Positions 8,313-19,052 of a DNA stretch of 64,000 bases are shown in pieces (the first letter of the stretch is position 1; each line of letters opens with the position of its first letter). The notes under the pieces were generated by a model that made no database searches, was not told where the DNA came from, and was given only the letters and a program-made list of their open reading frames with translations. The stretch is from positions 1 through 64,000 of IMG/VR virus record IMGVR_UViG_3300035698_017111. One strand, written 5' to 3'. The stretch is from a virus. Position numbers and translations under genes: made by a program.

Positions 8313-9529
8313 AGTTCTATTAGATTAATCCGTCCATGTAGGAAATGGTTTTCTTCAAATGGAGACTTCATCATTTCTTTTCTTATTTCTTTTGTGAAAT
8401 ATGGCTTAACAATATCAGCGTGTCTAAATGTCAACTTCCCATCAGATATGTTGCAAATGTCCACAGGACACTTAAACTTAGTTATTTTTATGTCATTATA
8501 AAGATTGCCAGAATAACGATACAATGATGCTTCTACACACAATTTCTCCAAAGCTAAAAAATCAGTCCTCAGAGTCATACACGAGCCAGAGAGACTCTTG
8601 TATTTTGTTGGGACTGCTTTTATTTTATAGAGATCATCTCTAGAAGATGAAGATGCTTCTCTCTCAATTATGAGATCATTACAATATAGCCATTCTTCTA
8701 TTGTACCAAAAGAAGAACCCTCTTTCTCGTATAATTCTTTTATTTTAGAAAGACAACTAATTCCAGACATCAAAACACAAGGAGCGTTTGTGTCTAAATT
8801 AATAGCAGTTAATAAAAATGTATTTGATGTTGGTTTGTCTAAAAGACACCCTAAACAAATAGCATCGCTACTTGATGAAGTAATTTTAGAAGAAACATCA
8901 TCCCATCCAGCATCTGTCATGGCCGCCATTTCCATAGAAAAGCTTCTGGTGTTTGCTTCAATACTCAATGCGATAGCTGGATCTATATTCTTAAAAACAG
9001 ACATTGGACAAAGAAAAGATCGATAAGCACCAGATGGTAAGGTATGACCACCCAACCTACCCGCATTATTACTCAGTGTTCCTGGTACAATCCGTCTTCC
9101 ATCCGACTTTCTAAAAGAACGCTTTAACATAAAATCATTAATATCATCTATCTTCAGCCAATGCATGTGGTACCTTTTTATATCACCAAAAAAATGCATT
9201 CTATACGAACCAGTTGGCGGGCCAAGTATCATATATGACAAAAGAGAGTTATTGGAACTCGACATCGATAGATTTATAAAATCATCCCTATAACCATCTT
9301 CTATGACAGTGGATTCTGGGACAACGGACAAAACAGAATCAGAATCAGAATCATCAGAACTATCGTAATCTTCATTTGGAACTTTTATAATATTATTTGA
9401 TTTGGTTAAAATAGCAGAGCCAGACCCCGTGTCACTAATAAAACAAATATTCTCATTGTCCTGATATATTGAAGAAAGAATCTTCTCTTCAGAATAAATG
9501 CCCTTCTTTCTCTGTAGATAATACCTCAT
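8309..9529 (-). CDS. Hypothetical protein ending GRINLIEL
   Basis: 406-aa ORF, AGGAGG RBS, ATGA coupling to the next gene. Confidence 0.7.
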   Translation of the reverse strand: MRYYLQRKKGIYSEEKILSSIYQDNENICFISDTGSGSAILTKSNNIIKVPNEDYDSSDDSDSDSVLSVVPESTVIEDGYRDDFINLSMSSSNNSLLSYMILGPPTGSYRMHFFGDIKRYHMHWLKIDDINDFMLKRSFRKSDGRRIVPGTLSNNAGRLGGHTLPSGAYRSFLCPMSVFKNIDPAIALSIEANTRSFSMEMAAMTDAGWDDVSSKITSSSSDAICLGCLLDKPTSNTFLLTAINLDTNAPCVLMSGISCLSKIKELYEKEGSSFGTIEEWLYCNDLIIEREASSSSRDDLYKIKAVPTKYKSLSGSCMTLRTDFLALEKLCVEASLYRYSGNLYNDIKITKFKCPVDICNISDGKLTFRHADIVKPYFTKEIRKEMMKSPFEENHFLHGRINLIEL

Positions 9530-9538
9530 GAGAGCCTC

Positions 9539-10381
9539 CTACCAAAGCCAATTAACGTCCTTCGATTCGTTCGACAACCTATCAATAGATGTGTTGCAAT
9601 TAACTTCCAATCTATCTATTCCAACATAATTTCTTCGTAATTTAGATGCAGCAACAAGAGTTGTCCCAGAACCAACAAATGGGTCAAGGACAACATCTCC
9701 TTCTTTAGAGAAAAGCTTTATAAAAAACTCAGGCAACTCTATTGGAAAAACAGCACTATGTGTCTTGTTGTGTGTCTCGGACGAAAGATGTAAAACATTC
9801 GATGGATACACCATGTCCCTGTCTACAAATTTTGACCTATCAACACCAAAACCACTTTTTGTTCTAGACTCATGACGAGAAAAATCATTCCCTTTCAAAC
9901 GGCCAAACCTTTCTTTGGTTGCTTCACCAACGGGGACCATCACCTCGTCTTGATACATATTGAAAAAATCACCCTTATTGAACTGCAAGACACGTTCCCA
10001 AGCATCTCTGAATCTATTTGGCCACTTCCCTGGGAAACAACTTTTCTTATGCCAACACCACTCTTCAGTCCACCACCAACCCATCTCGGTCAATGCTAAG
10101 ATTAATTTAAGAACATATGTGTGTCTCTGTTTTTTGACAACCTTCTCTTTAATGTTCAGTATAAAAGTACCATCATCAGACAGAACTCTTTTAAACTGTT
10201 CTGCCTTGGGGATAAACCAATCAACAAATTCATCGGGATGAATACCACCATAGGTTTTCTTCCGACTATCAGCATACGGTGGAGATGTTACAATAAGATC
10301 TATACAAGAATCTGGAAAAGACGAAAGAACGTCTTCGCAATCCCCAAGCAAAACCTTGTTTATTGGTCTATTTTCTTCCAT
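9539..10381 (-). CDS. DNA methyltransferase, beta class (N4-C/N6-A)
   Basis: VTSPPY precedes HSAVFP and VLDPFVGSGTT. Confidence 0.92.
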   Translation of the reverse strand: MEENRPINKVLLGDCEDVLSSFPDSCIDLIVTSPPYADSRKKTYGGIHPDEFVDWFIPKAEQFKRVLSDDGTFILNIKEKVVKKQRHTYVLKLILALTEMGWWWTEEWCWHKKSCFPGKWPNRFRDAWERVLQFNKGDFFNMYQDEVMVPVGEATKERFGRLKGNDFSRHESRTKSGFGVDRSKFVDRDMVYPSNVLHLSSETHNKTHSAVFPIELPEFFIKLFSKEGDVVLDPFVGSGTTLVAASKLRRNYVGIDRLEVNCNTSIDRLSNESKDVNWLW

Positions 10382-11478
10382 TATAGCTCCAAAAGATTAT
10401 ATCTGCCAAAAACCAAGTTCTTAATGTTTGAACTTGCTACTCTTTCAAGCTCCTCTAAACTCTGCCCTATCTCATTTTCAGATCGACATTCTCGATCCTT
10501 TTCCAAATCTACTTGCAGTTGATCTAAAACTTCCTCAATCTCCTGATCGTTATAGAAATTCAACGATCTCACCTTATCAATCATTGAAAGGAGTTTCTTG
10601 CCAGTTTTTTTAGAACACGCACTCTCTTCGTTGACCTCAATGCCCTTCTTTACTTCACCAACAATACGAAGGATCATTCCACGGATCTCACCAACCGTTG
10701 AAGAAATAAATCTATCAACATATTCCGTCTTGTTCTTTGCAATTTCTTCAATAACCCTCTTTTGAGTTTCGGCCTCAAAATCAACAACATCTCTTTTCTT
10801 AGATGCCTCATCTTTCAACAACAAGTCGTTCTCAACAACAGAAGGCAATGGAATAAAATAGAAAAAAGTATTATAATCAAAACTTCTACGAAACTCATCC
10901 GCAGATAAAATTCTTTGCCTCATCTGTTGAACCAAGTGTGCTTCGAACAACTCGTAGCTTTCATGCAATCCACCACCAGCGTCTTTGTCCCAAAGCATTT
11001 TAGCCAATCTCTTATACTCATCACATACCTCTTCAATTAATTGAGGATACTCCAACAAGACATTATCAGCCGTCTTAAAATATGTTGCTTTGATTTCTTC
11101 GTCTTTCTCTTTCCAGTCAGAAAAAACGGTACATGGTACGAATGTACCCCAGACAGTCTCCAATCCATATCTTTTGAGATTGCTTCTCGCAGAAGCTTCA
11201 ATCCTATTGAATAAATTTACTATTCTTTTTGGTAGAAGGTATTTGTTGCCAAGAACAAAATACTGACTCAAAAAATCTCTATAATCAGCCTGCTCACTTT
11301 CAAGTCCTATCTCTTCCTTCTGTATAGAACGAAGTCCACGCCAGCGTTTTACCTCTAACTTAACGATAACACCTCGTTTCATTAGAGGAATGGCCCAGTC
11401 TTCTATGTTGGTCCGTATTTCCTCAGAAGACATAGAAAGATCTTCTGCCAATTCCTTTACACTATCCTCAACAAGCAT
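10381..11478 (-). CDS. DUF3150-like protein ending GRYNLLEL
   Basis: V.LEVKRWRG..LGNKYLLP..FNRIEASARSNL.RYG..WGTFVP matches the recalled DUF3150 N-terminal pattern; helical C-terminus. Confidence 0.55.
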   Translation of the reverse strand: MLVEDSVKELAEDLSMSSEEIRTNIEDWAIPLMKRGVIVKLEVKRWRGLRSIQKEEIGLESEQADYRDFLSQYFVLGNKYLLPKRIVNLFNRIEASARSNLKRYGLETVWGTFVPCTVFSDWKEKDEEIKATYFKTADNVLLEYPQLIEEVCDEYKRLAKMLWDKDAGGGLHESYELFEAHLVQQMRQRILSADEFRRSFDYNTFFYFIPLPSVVENDLLLKDEASKKRDVVDFEAETQKRVIEEIAKNKTEYVDRFISSTVGEIRGMILRIVGEVKKGIEVNEESACSKKTGKKLLSMIDKVRSLNFYNDQEIEEVLDQLQVDLEKDRECRSENEIGQSLEELERVASSNIKNLVFGRYNLLEL

Positions 11479-11489
11479 TGCTCTCCTCC

Positions 11490-12044
11490 TTATGTCTGAC
11501 TTTCTATAAACTCTCTCAAAATATCTGTATAGAAATTAAGAGAAGAAACGTCTTTGTCGAACACAGATTTATCAACACCCTGTAGGTATGGTCTAATGCG
11601 AGACAATGAAAATTCCTTATCTTCTGATTTTTGAAGAAATTCTCGGACCATGAATGAAACCAAAAACAACTTCCACACCATAGATGGTGCTTTTTTTCGT
11701 TTAGAAACTGCGAAAAGATTCTTTTCTAAATCTTCTATGTTAAGTGTTTCAATGATATAAGCTTTGTCAAAATACTGCAAGGTTTTGTGCTTAGACCATT
11801 TTTCTATCTTCTGTACAAAGTCTACAACATCACCGGCCGCACCACAACCAAAACAATGAAATTTTTCAACTCCCTCAAACTCGCCAACAACCATAGACGG
11901 ATCAGCGTCATCATGAAAGGGACAAACACATCGCATTCTTGAATGCCCCAACCTTTTAAGAGATATGCCATGCTTCTCTATCTCATCTCGAAGAGAAGCT
12001 TTTGATCTAATCTCATCAAAGACTATTGTGCTGTTCTGTCTCAT
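11490..12044 (-). CDS. Stand-alone CHC2 zinc-finger (DnaG primase zinc-binding domain) protein
   Basis: CPFHDDADPS..FHCFGCGAAGDVVDF; no TOPRIM domain. Confidence 0.85.
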   Translation of the reverse strand: MRQNSTIVFDEIRSKASLRDEIEKHGISLKRLGHSRMRCVCPFHDDADPSMVVGEFEGVEKFHCFGCGAAGDVVDFVQKIEKWSKHKTLQYFDKAYIIETLNIEDLEKNLFAVSKRKKAPSMVWKLFLVSFMVREFLQKSEDKEFSLSRIRPYLQGVDKSVFDKDVSSLNFYTDILREFIESQT

Positions 12045-13762
12045 AAAAGTCCATCTATCTCATCATCTTTATCTATACCCAATACAGATCTCAAAGATGA
12101 ATCATCATCCTTGTTGTCCACAATAGAAATATCTTCTACCAAATCTTCAACCTCACTACCACTCAGCAATTCATCAACAAGATCACTGTGACTCTCCAAC
12201 GTCTCTTCAGTATCAACCTCATCAACAATAGACTCTACATCAACTCCAGTTTCTACTTTATCTGGTTCAAGCATGTCCATCTGACTTTCAAGTGACGAAC
12301 CCTCTGTTGATGGTGGTCCCTCATCGTCATCTAAAAGATCCTCATCGCTATACGTGGATTTAAATGCCTCGTAATCGTTTTCATCATAAATCCAACCAGT
12401 CTCTTTATTTACCTTAACAGCAATTGTACCAACAGCACCTTCTCTTTGTTTTGCAAACTTAATATAAAGAGTATTGTTTAATCCCTTGGTCGATGGTGGA
12501 CACATGACTGCAATAAAACCATCACAGTCCTGACCGACCTTGTTTGAATCTTCAATATTTTCAATATTAATATCTACCTTTCTTTCACCTGTTTTAGGAT
12601 CTCTTGAAATAGACTGTCTGTTTGCTTGAGCCACAAGAACAACTGGAAATGAATTTCGTCTTGCATGTGATCTAATGCTCTTACTCAAATCACCAAGGGC
12701 AACATCACGTCTTTTTGTACTCTTATCGTCCAATGCAATAAGACCAAGATAATCAATAAACACTATGTCGAAGTTGATTGTAGGAAACTGCTCATCTATT
12801 GCCTTTGTAATTTCTTCCCATGTAAACTTTCCGGCAGAGACTTCAAGCACACGATACGTTCCAGACTTGCCCTCCTCTATTCTACCACGTATTTTCTTTT
12901 CCATCTCACCAATCTCTTCATCAGAGAGTTGATCTTTGTCTCCCTTAACAATAGGGATATATGGTGTTTTTGTGTCAATACAATTAAACTTACGATACCA
13001 CTGAATACTCGGCATTTCCAAACTAACAATCAAAACATTTTTCTCTTGTTCCTGATAAATGTTTCTAGAAATATTCAATGCCAAAGTGGATTTATATGAG
13101 CCAGAGATACCACCAAGAATAGTCAACGTACCCTTTTCAAAACCAACATGCATTTTATCCAAACAAGGAATACCTATTTTTAATCCAGCATATTTTTCTT
13201 TGTTATTTCGTCTGTTGTGGATATCATCTATCTGTTCTTGAATAGTGCCAAGAAGACTCGTTGCTTTTATTTCAGCCTCTTCATCCTCTACGGTTCTGTG
13301 TAGTTCTTTAAACTTTGTAATAACAGAATCAATATAATCAAGACCACGATTATCATCAAGAAAAGCTTTATTTGGTCCAGTTAAAATATCTTTGATTTTT
13401 GGTGTAAGTTCAAAATCTATCCATGTTTTAAAAACACGAGAAAACTGTTCATCCTCAAAACCCCAACGAGATGCCTCATAATATGCAATACGTTGATTGG
13501 CTGCTTCTTCTTCCGTAACTACTTTGTTATCCAACCTCGCATCCAGAAGCAATTCAAACTCAGTCTCAACCAAAAGGTTTCCATACTCGTTGAAATATTC
13601 ATGAATAAGTTTTACTATTTGTTTGTGTGTATCAATTGAGAAAAACTCTTCAACATCAACTTTGTATTTAGAGAAAACTTCTTTAATAAACTTCGTGTTC
13701 TTTAAAAGAAAGTATATTACCTGGCTCTCTATTGACCGAAACTGCTCGTCATTAACTGCCAT
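12041..13762 (-). CDS. dnaB: DnaB-like replicative helicase with acidic tail
   Basis: GGISGSYKST, VSLEM, VFIDYLGL, VAQANR, DSNKVGQDCD, AKQREG. Confidence 0.88.
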   Translation of the reverse strand: MAVNDEQFRSIESQVIYFLLKNTKFIKEVFSKYKVDVEEFFSIDTHKQIVKLIHEYFNEYGNLLVETEFELLLDARLDNKVVTEEEAANQRIAYYEASRWGFEDEQFSRVFKTWIDFELTPKIKDILTGPNKAFLDDNRGLDYIDSVITKFKELHRTVEDEEAEIKATSLLGTIQEQIDDIHNRRNNKEKYAGLKIGIPCLDKMHVGFEKGTLTILGGISGSYKSTLALNISRNIYQEQEKNVLIVSLEMPSIQWYRKFNCIDTKTPYIPIVKGDKDQLSDEEIGEMEKKIRGRIEEGKSGTYRVLEVSAGKFTWEEITKAIDEQFPTINFDIVFIDYLGLIALDDKSTKRRDVALGDLSKSIRSHARRNSFPVVLVAQANRQSISRDPKTGERKVDINIENIEDSNKVGQDCDGFIAVMCPPSTKGLNNTLYIKFAKQREGAVGTIAVKVNKETGWIYDENDYEAFKSTYSDEDLLDDDEGPPSTEGSSLESQMDMLEPDKVETGVDVESIVDEVDTEETLESHSDLVDELLSGSEVEDLVEDISIVDNKDDDSSLRSVLGIDKDDEIDGLL

Positions 13763-14589
13763 TAGCGTCCTCCTTGAATTTGATATTTTTCTAGGATTCT
13801 AGCGACAGTGTTACCAGATACGCCCTTTGAATCATCCAATGCTTCTAAATCATTTATCATACCGCTAATATTATAATATCGATGTGAATCTAACAAGTGG
13901 ACAGATTTTGCACCTTTCTCTGATTCAATGTTTATTGGATTATAATACACCAACCTATTCCCAATCAAATCACTAGCACCAACACCACATGTAGACCGAA
14001 AGGACAAACTACCAAACGGAATTCTAGATGTGATAATTGTTGGTTTTTGAGCCAACTTACGCTTATTGAGAATGGCTTCGAGATAGTTGTAAAACTTGTT
14101 TTCTCTCTGTCTCTCGTTTACCTCATCAATGCACAGCATAAATGGATCGATAAGACGATACATCAAACTATCAGACTCTTCACTAAGATACCTTGTAGTA
14201 CCCTGTATAAAAAGATCTGAGAACGGAACAAACAAAACGGACTTGCGTAGCTTTTCTATTACAGCAACGAGAAGGAGAGCGGCAAGAACACTCTTACCAC
14301 TCCCCGTGTCACCGTAAATGAGAAGAGAACGACCAGCTTCTGTTAAAGCTGATAAATTGTCTCTATACTTCGTCACCTTATTGAAAGCATCGGCACGACT
14401 ACGAACAATCTGCTTATCTACAGGATTGCCCTTTTGTTTTTGTTGCTTGGGCCAGTTTTCGTAGTCGGACCATTTTGCTTCAATAAGATGCTTCGGTATC
14501 TCACTCTCTTCTCTGAAAAGATTTATCTCTTTTCTAATATCCGATTCGATTAACCGCCGCATTGCTTTGGTATAATCTTGACTTCCCAT
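13762..14589 (-). CDS. DnaC/IstB-like helicase loader ATPase
   Basis: GDTGSGKS, LCIDEV, KPTIITS; directly upstream of dnaB. Confidence 0.8.
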   Translation of the reverse strand: MGSQDYTKAMRRLIESDIRKEINLFREESEIPKHLIEAKWSDYENWPKQQKQKGNPVDKQIVRSRADAFNKVTKYRDNLSALTEAGRSLLIYGDTGSGKSVLAALLLVAVIEKLRKSVLFVPFSDLFIQGTTRYLSEESDSLMYRLIDPFMLCIDEVNERQRENKFYNYLEAILNKRKLAQKPTIITSRIPFGSLSFRSTCGVGASDLIGNRLVYYNPINIESEKGAKSVHLLDSHRYYNISGMINDLEALDDSKGVSGNTVARILEKYQIQGGR

Positions 14590-14599
14590 GTATCATTCC

Positions 14600-16360
14600 T
14601 TAAAGTTCCAAATCTTTTCCAGGGGCACTGGCATCAGTGATATAGGTGTCGATGTCTCTGATTTCTTCTGGCTGAAAATCTGATGCCAAAACAGCTCGTC
14701 CCTTTTGCCATTCTCTCATAGTTCCTATCTGTTCACGCATCGTGCAGGACATTGGGATTGTCTCTTTAATGGCTTTCAAAATGTCTTCAGTTGTCAAATC
14801 CCGTTTCCCGTCATTGAAACAAGATACGATACCTGTATTGACAGCAGCTTCGATTTCAGCACCAGAAAAGTTGTTAGAACACTCAGCCATAGCTGCATAA
14901 TCAAGAGTCTTAACCAACTCTACATTGCCTTGCTTCTGCAATCTCTTACGTGCGTGGATCTCGAAAATATCCTGTCTTTCCTCACCAACAGGGAGGTCAA
15001 CGATAAAAATCTCATCCAAACGACCCTTCCTGAAAAGCTTTGGAGGACGACCAGAAATTTCGTTGGCTGTGAAAATACAGAACACCATACCTTCATGCTC
15101 AGACATCCACGAAGAGATGATACCGATCACCCTACTTGAAGTTCCACCATCAGAAGAGGCAGAATCTCCACCAGCCAAAAGGTTTTCAACCTCATCAAAC
15201 CAAAGGACACATGGGGCAATGGCATCGGCCAACTTCAAAGTAGCCCTTGTTCTTTGCTCACTATCACCAACATACATATTGTAGAGTTTCGACGCATCTA
15301 CACGAATCCCTGGGAGTCCCCATTCGTTGATAATAGCTTTTGCTGCACTGGACTTACCAGATCCCCATGGACCGAGTAGAAGAACTCCGTTTGGCAAATC
15401 ACAACCGAAATTCAAAGCCTCTTCTGACATGACTTGCTCACGTGCTTGAAGCCATCTTTTAAGATTCTGCACACCACCGATATCGTCAAGCTTCTCGCTT
15501 GGCTCAACATAATCACACAAACCACTCTTTTGGATAATTTGTCTCTTCTCCAAAGAAATGGTCTTTGGGACCAATGTTTTGTGTTGGATTGCAGACTTGG
15601 TGGTGGCATTCTCGATCTGATAAACAGTCATCCCTTTACAGGCATTAACCAACTGTTGTATTTCAGAATCTGAAAAATCCATTTGTGGAATAGGGGGATT
15701 AGCAGCTGCGAACTTCTCATTCAAACTCGTAATGATATGTTCCCGTAACGTGAACTCAATATGAGTTGAATCAACATATGTCCATTCTGTAACATGAACA
15801 AGGTTTTCCAACTCCGGTGGAATAATCTTACCAGAATTAGGCATTCCATCGTTTTTAGTAGAAAGAAGAATCAAAAGCTTTCGATCAGTTGCCGTTGTGA
15901 TTTCAGAGAAAATACGAAGTCTTCTCTGAACACCAGGCTCCGAAAGATAGTGGTGAAACTCTGTCAACACATAGATTGCGTCTTCGTTTTTACCCTCATT
16001 GATGATATAATCGAGAGCAGAAATGGGATCTTTCGATTCTTGGCTGATAGTTTTGAATTCAACCTGATGTCCATTTACAACCTGACGAACGATACCTCTG
16101 GAGATATCCCAAATAAACAGGTCTTTCTTATACTTCTGTGCAGTCGTACCGTGTTTACAGATATCATAAAGGATCTGAACAATGTTTCTCTCCTTCTCGT
16201 CAGACATGATGTAAACAACGGGATACCTAGCACGGATAAGAATCTTCAACTCTTCCGTTGCCTTCTCAAAAAGACTCATCTTTTTCTCTTTTTTCTCTGG
16301 AGTCTTTTTTTGAACCTTCTTCGATTTAACTGCTTTGTCTTTTGTGGCCGTTTCGGGCAT
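14600..16360 (-). CDS. Ycf46-like AAA+ ATPase ending GKDLEL
   Basis: LIRARYPVVY N-domain, EKRQIIQKSG, DIGGVQNLKRWL, GPWGSGKS, LWFDEVE, RKGRLDEIF; start moved to ATG 16360 (AAGGAGG RBS). Confidence 0.85.
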   Translation of the reverse strand: MPETATKDKAVKSKKVQKKTPEKKEKKMSLFEKATEELKILIRARYPVVYIMSDEKERNIVQILYDICKHGTTAQKYKKDLFIWDISRGIVRQVVNGHQVEFKTISQESKDPISALDYIINEGKNEDAIYVLTEFHHYLSEPGVQRRLRIFSEITTATDRKLLILLSTKNDGMPNSGKIIPPELENLVHVTEWTYVDSTHIEFTLREHIITSLNEKFAAANPPIPQMDFSDSEIQQLVNACKGMTVYQIENATTKSAIQHKTLVPKTISLEKRQIIQKSGLCDYVEPSEKLDDIGGVQNLKRWLQAREQVMSEEALNFGCDLPNGVLLLGPWGSGKSSAAKAIINEWGLPGIRVDASKLYNMYVGDSEQRTRATLKLADAIAPCVLWFDEVENLLAGGDSASSDGGTSSRVIGIISSWMSEHEGMVFCIFTANEISGRPPKLFRKGRLDEIFIVDLPVGEERQDIFEIHARKRLQKQGNVELVKTLDYAAMAECSNNFSGAEIEAAVNTGIVSCFNDGKRDLTTEDILKAIKETIPMSCTMREQIGTMREWQKGRAVLASDFQPEEIRDIDTYITDASAPGKDLEL

Positions 16361-16393
16361 ATCTCTTTCCTCCTTGGGTATCGTACTGGCCAG

Positions 16394-16422
16394 AGGATAA
16401 CAAAAAAAAAGTCTCAAGTCAA
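16394..16422 (-). promoter_or_regulatory. Sigma70-type promoter for the AAA-loader-dnaB operon
   Basis: TTGACT-N17-TATCCT with TGn extension, 34 nt upstream of ATG 16360. Confidence 0.65.
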
Positions 16423-16423
16423 G

Positions 16424-17452
16424 TCAAGCCAGATTCTTGGCTCGCTTTTCTTTACTTTTGGCTAAGTTTCTTTTTTGTTGTGCTTCTTTTTGAAGGAATT
16501 TCTTTACGATAGGTAGGCATAGAAGGACTTGGTTTTGCTCTTTTGTTTGCCACCATTCCTCATGAACAAGGCCAAGCTTATTCCAAATCTTGTGAAAAAT
16601 AGATCTCCAATCCAAAACGAGGTCTGATTCTTTAAAAAGACCTTGTCTTGTCTCGTAATCCGTATACGGTCCCCACATCAAACTCGATTTAGCAATTTCA
16701 ACAAGAACTTTCTCGACAACTTGTCTGTTCCCATGGTGTTTGCGTATGAGCTTTTCTACTATAACGTCCCTAACCTTCTCCCCAGCATCATCAAAAGATA
16801 GTCTTTTCTTCTTTTGAATATACTTGTGGCAGATTGGAATTCCATAACAACTCAAAAGAGCTATTTCTTGATTTTGGAACTCATTAAAAATCTTAATAAA
16901 ATCATTAGGATCTTCTTTGTTTATGGGAATATGTTGAAGATGTATTAATTGTTCAAAATCATCACTTTCCCGAAGTGGTCGAACAACACTCTCGTCAAAC
17001 ATCCTCATTTTTTCTTGACAATAGTCTGATTTTAAAAAGTTCAACTCAAATCTTTTTTTACTTTTTGGATTGTTTAATTCAGAAAGTAGAAATTTCTTAA
17101 AGTCTCTCGCACTCCAAAAAAGTTCTCTAAAGGCAGTTTTGTATGCATATCTTGCAATAGTCTGAGTTTCTGCCTTATATGCTGGAAAACCTGGATAGTT
17201 ATCGAAATAAAATTGTTTATACTCGTATGCGTAGAAAAGATACCAATTGAATGCAAAATAACCAGATAGTGGAACCTGGTAATATTGTCTCTTTACCTTC
17301 TTGCCACGACCCTCTTCTTTCCACTTTGAGAAACTTAAATACCCATTGCCACTTTGGCTGTCAGGATGTTTCTGCAATGCTTCTTCGAGAATATCTGATC
17401 CACTCACCTGGAGTTTGTGTCGTGACATAGTATTGTCCTGTTTCTCCGTCAT
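16424..17452 (-). CDS. Hypothetical protein (basic, aromatic-rich)
   Basis: 342-aa ORF co-oriented with the replication genes. Confidence 0.65.
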   Translation of the reverse strand: MTEKQDNTMSRHKLQVSGSDILEEALQKHPDSQSGNGYLSFSKWKEEGRGKKVKRQYYQVPLSGYFAFNWYLFYAYEYKQFYFDNYPGFPAYKAETQTIARYAYKTAFRELFWSARDFKKFLLSELNNPKSKKRFELNFLKSDYCQEKMRMFDESVVRPLRESDDFEQLIHLQHIPINKEDPNDFIKIFNEFQNQEIALLSCYGIPICHKYIQKKKRLSFDDAGEKVRDVIVEKLIRKHHGNRQVVEKVLVEIAKSSLMWGPYTDYETRQGLFKESDLVLDWRSIFHKIWNKLGLVHEEWWQTKEQNQVLLCLPIVKKFLQKEAQQKRNLAKSKEKRAKNLA

Positions 17453-17493
17453 GCTCTACATTGAACTACCCCACCCACAAGAGGTGGGGATTC

Positions 17494-18654
17494 CTACTTC
17501 AACGAAGATAGCACTCCAGGAACAGTTACCTGTTCCAGAGAATGTCTAACATCTTCTCCATAGGCGTTACTTCGGGCAGTCCCTGCCCTAGCTAAAATAT
17601 TAATAGATGCATTTAAATCTCTGTCCATCTCCAAACCACATTCAGGACAAACATGCATTCTATCACCTAATGTTTTTGGAACCTTAATACCACACTGAGA
17701 GCAATTCTGAGATGTGTTTCTAGGATCAACCAATATGACTTTAGCACCAGCTTCTTCCGCTTTGTACTGAGTCATGAGTATTAGTCTATTCCAAGAAGCA
17801 TCTTGGATATGTTTCGCCAACTTGTGATTTCTAACCATTCCTTTTATATTAAGGTTTTCAAAAACTATTGTTCCATACTTATTGACTAAACTTGTTGATG
17901 TTTTGTGCAGAAAATCATTTCTCTTATTCTTAATTGTTCTATGTGCTTTTGCGACCAGAATCCTTTGTTTGTTTCTGTTCAGAGAACCCTTGGTCTTTTT
18001 ACACAATTTCCTCTGCTCTTTTGCCAACTTATCCTGACCGTTCAATAACGTTCTTGGATTATCTACAACAGAACCATCTGACATTGACATGAAGTTTGAT
18101 ATCCCAACATCAATACCAACGGGTGGTTTTTGTGATATTTCTTTACTGACTTTAGTCTCAGCCGTCATAACAACATACCAATGATCCACATCTCTTAGTA
18201 CAATACATGTTTTTGGATTAGATGGTAAATCTCTAGACCAAATTATTTTAACACACCCTATCTTTGATAACCTAATTCTCTTTTTATCTTTTGATACAGC
18301 AAATCCTGATTGTGGATAGCAGAAAGAATTGAATCTTGATTCTGGCTTGAATCTTGGAAAACCAGCCTTTTTTCCGTTCTTTACTCTTCTGAAGAAATTA
18401 CGATAAGACTTATCTAGTCTCCTTAGAGTATCTTGAAGAACCTGTGAATGTACTTTGGTTTGATACTCGTTCTTTGATTTCGCCATAGAATTTGCTTGTT
18501 GAACATATTTCAGAGTTTCTTTAGATTCTTTATATTTCTCGATACGTTCTGCAAGAGAATTATTATACAAGAACCTACATGTAGTAAGAGTTCCAACAAG
18601 GATCTTCTCTTGCTCTTTTGTTGGATAGATTCTATATTTGAACGATTTAATCAT
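17494..18654 (-). CDS. tnpB: TnpB RNA-guided endonuclease (IS605 OrfB)
   Basis: SFKYRIYPTKEQ, GFPRFK, GIDVG, VFENL, TSQNCSQC..CPEC, DRDLNAS; RuvC catalytic residues intact. Confidence 0.95.
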   Translation of the reverse strand: MIKSFKYRIYPTKEQEKILVGTLTTCRFLYNNSLAERIEKYKESKETLKYVQQANSMAKSKNEYQTKVHSQVLQDTLRRLDKSYRNFFRRVKNGKKAGFPRFKPESRFNSFCYPQSGFAVSKDKKRIRLSKIGCVKIIWSRDLPSNPKTCIVLRDVDHWYVVMTAETKVSKEISQKPPVGIDVGISNFMSMSDGSVVDNPRTLLNGQDKLAKEQRKLCKKTKGSLNRNKQRILVAKAHRTIKNKRNDFLHKTSTSLVNKYGTIVFENLNIKGMVRNHKLAKHIQDASWNRLILMTQYKAEEAGAKVILVDPRNTSQNCSQCGIKVPKTLGDRMHVCPECGLEMDRDLNASINILARAGTARSNAYGEDVRHSLEQVTVPGVLSSLK

Positions 18655-19052
18655 TTACTCTTCTGCTCTTTAATATATCTTTTAATTATCTCTTCCGAAA
18701 CAGCACCTGCTGAACCATAATATGTTCCATCAGAAAACAAACCAGATCCCCAGAAATACCTTCTTTTCAAATCACCAAATTGTTTGAAAATCTCAACAGT
18801 TAATATGCTTTTGATAGTTGAACCAATTGTCAATGGTGCCGTTTCGGGTTTTGCCGATACAAAGAAGTGAACGTGATCGGACATAACTTCTATGCTTATT
18901 AAATCCCAATCGTATCTTTTGCAGATACAAGATATTTGTTCTTTTACAAAACATTCAATGCTACCTTCCAAAACCTCGTGCCTGTACTTTACAACAAAAA
19001 CGATGTGATAATTAAGATTATATATACTATGAGATGTTTTTTTGATGGACAT
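18651..19052 (-). CDS. tnpA: IS200/IS605 Y1 HUH transposase
   Basis: YHIVFVVKYR, DHVH, IKRYIKEQ. Confidence 0.95.
   Translation of the reverse strand: MSIKKTSHSIYNLNYHIVFVVKYRHEVLEGSIECFVKEQISCICKRYDWDLISIEVMSDHVHFFVSAKPETAPLTIGSTIKSILTVEIFKQFGDLKRRYFWGSGLFSDGTYYGSAGAVSEEIIKRYIKEQKSK

Noticed and set aside
16361-16417. N-terminal extension of the AAA+ ORF in the track (TTG start)
   Set aside because: It overlaps the promoter, and a strong RBS precedes ATG 16360.
17494-18654. TnpB as a Cas12-type CRISPR effector
   Set aside because: It is adjacent to tnpA within IS ends, and no repeat-spacer array was seen.
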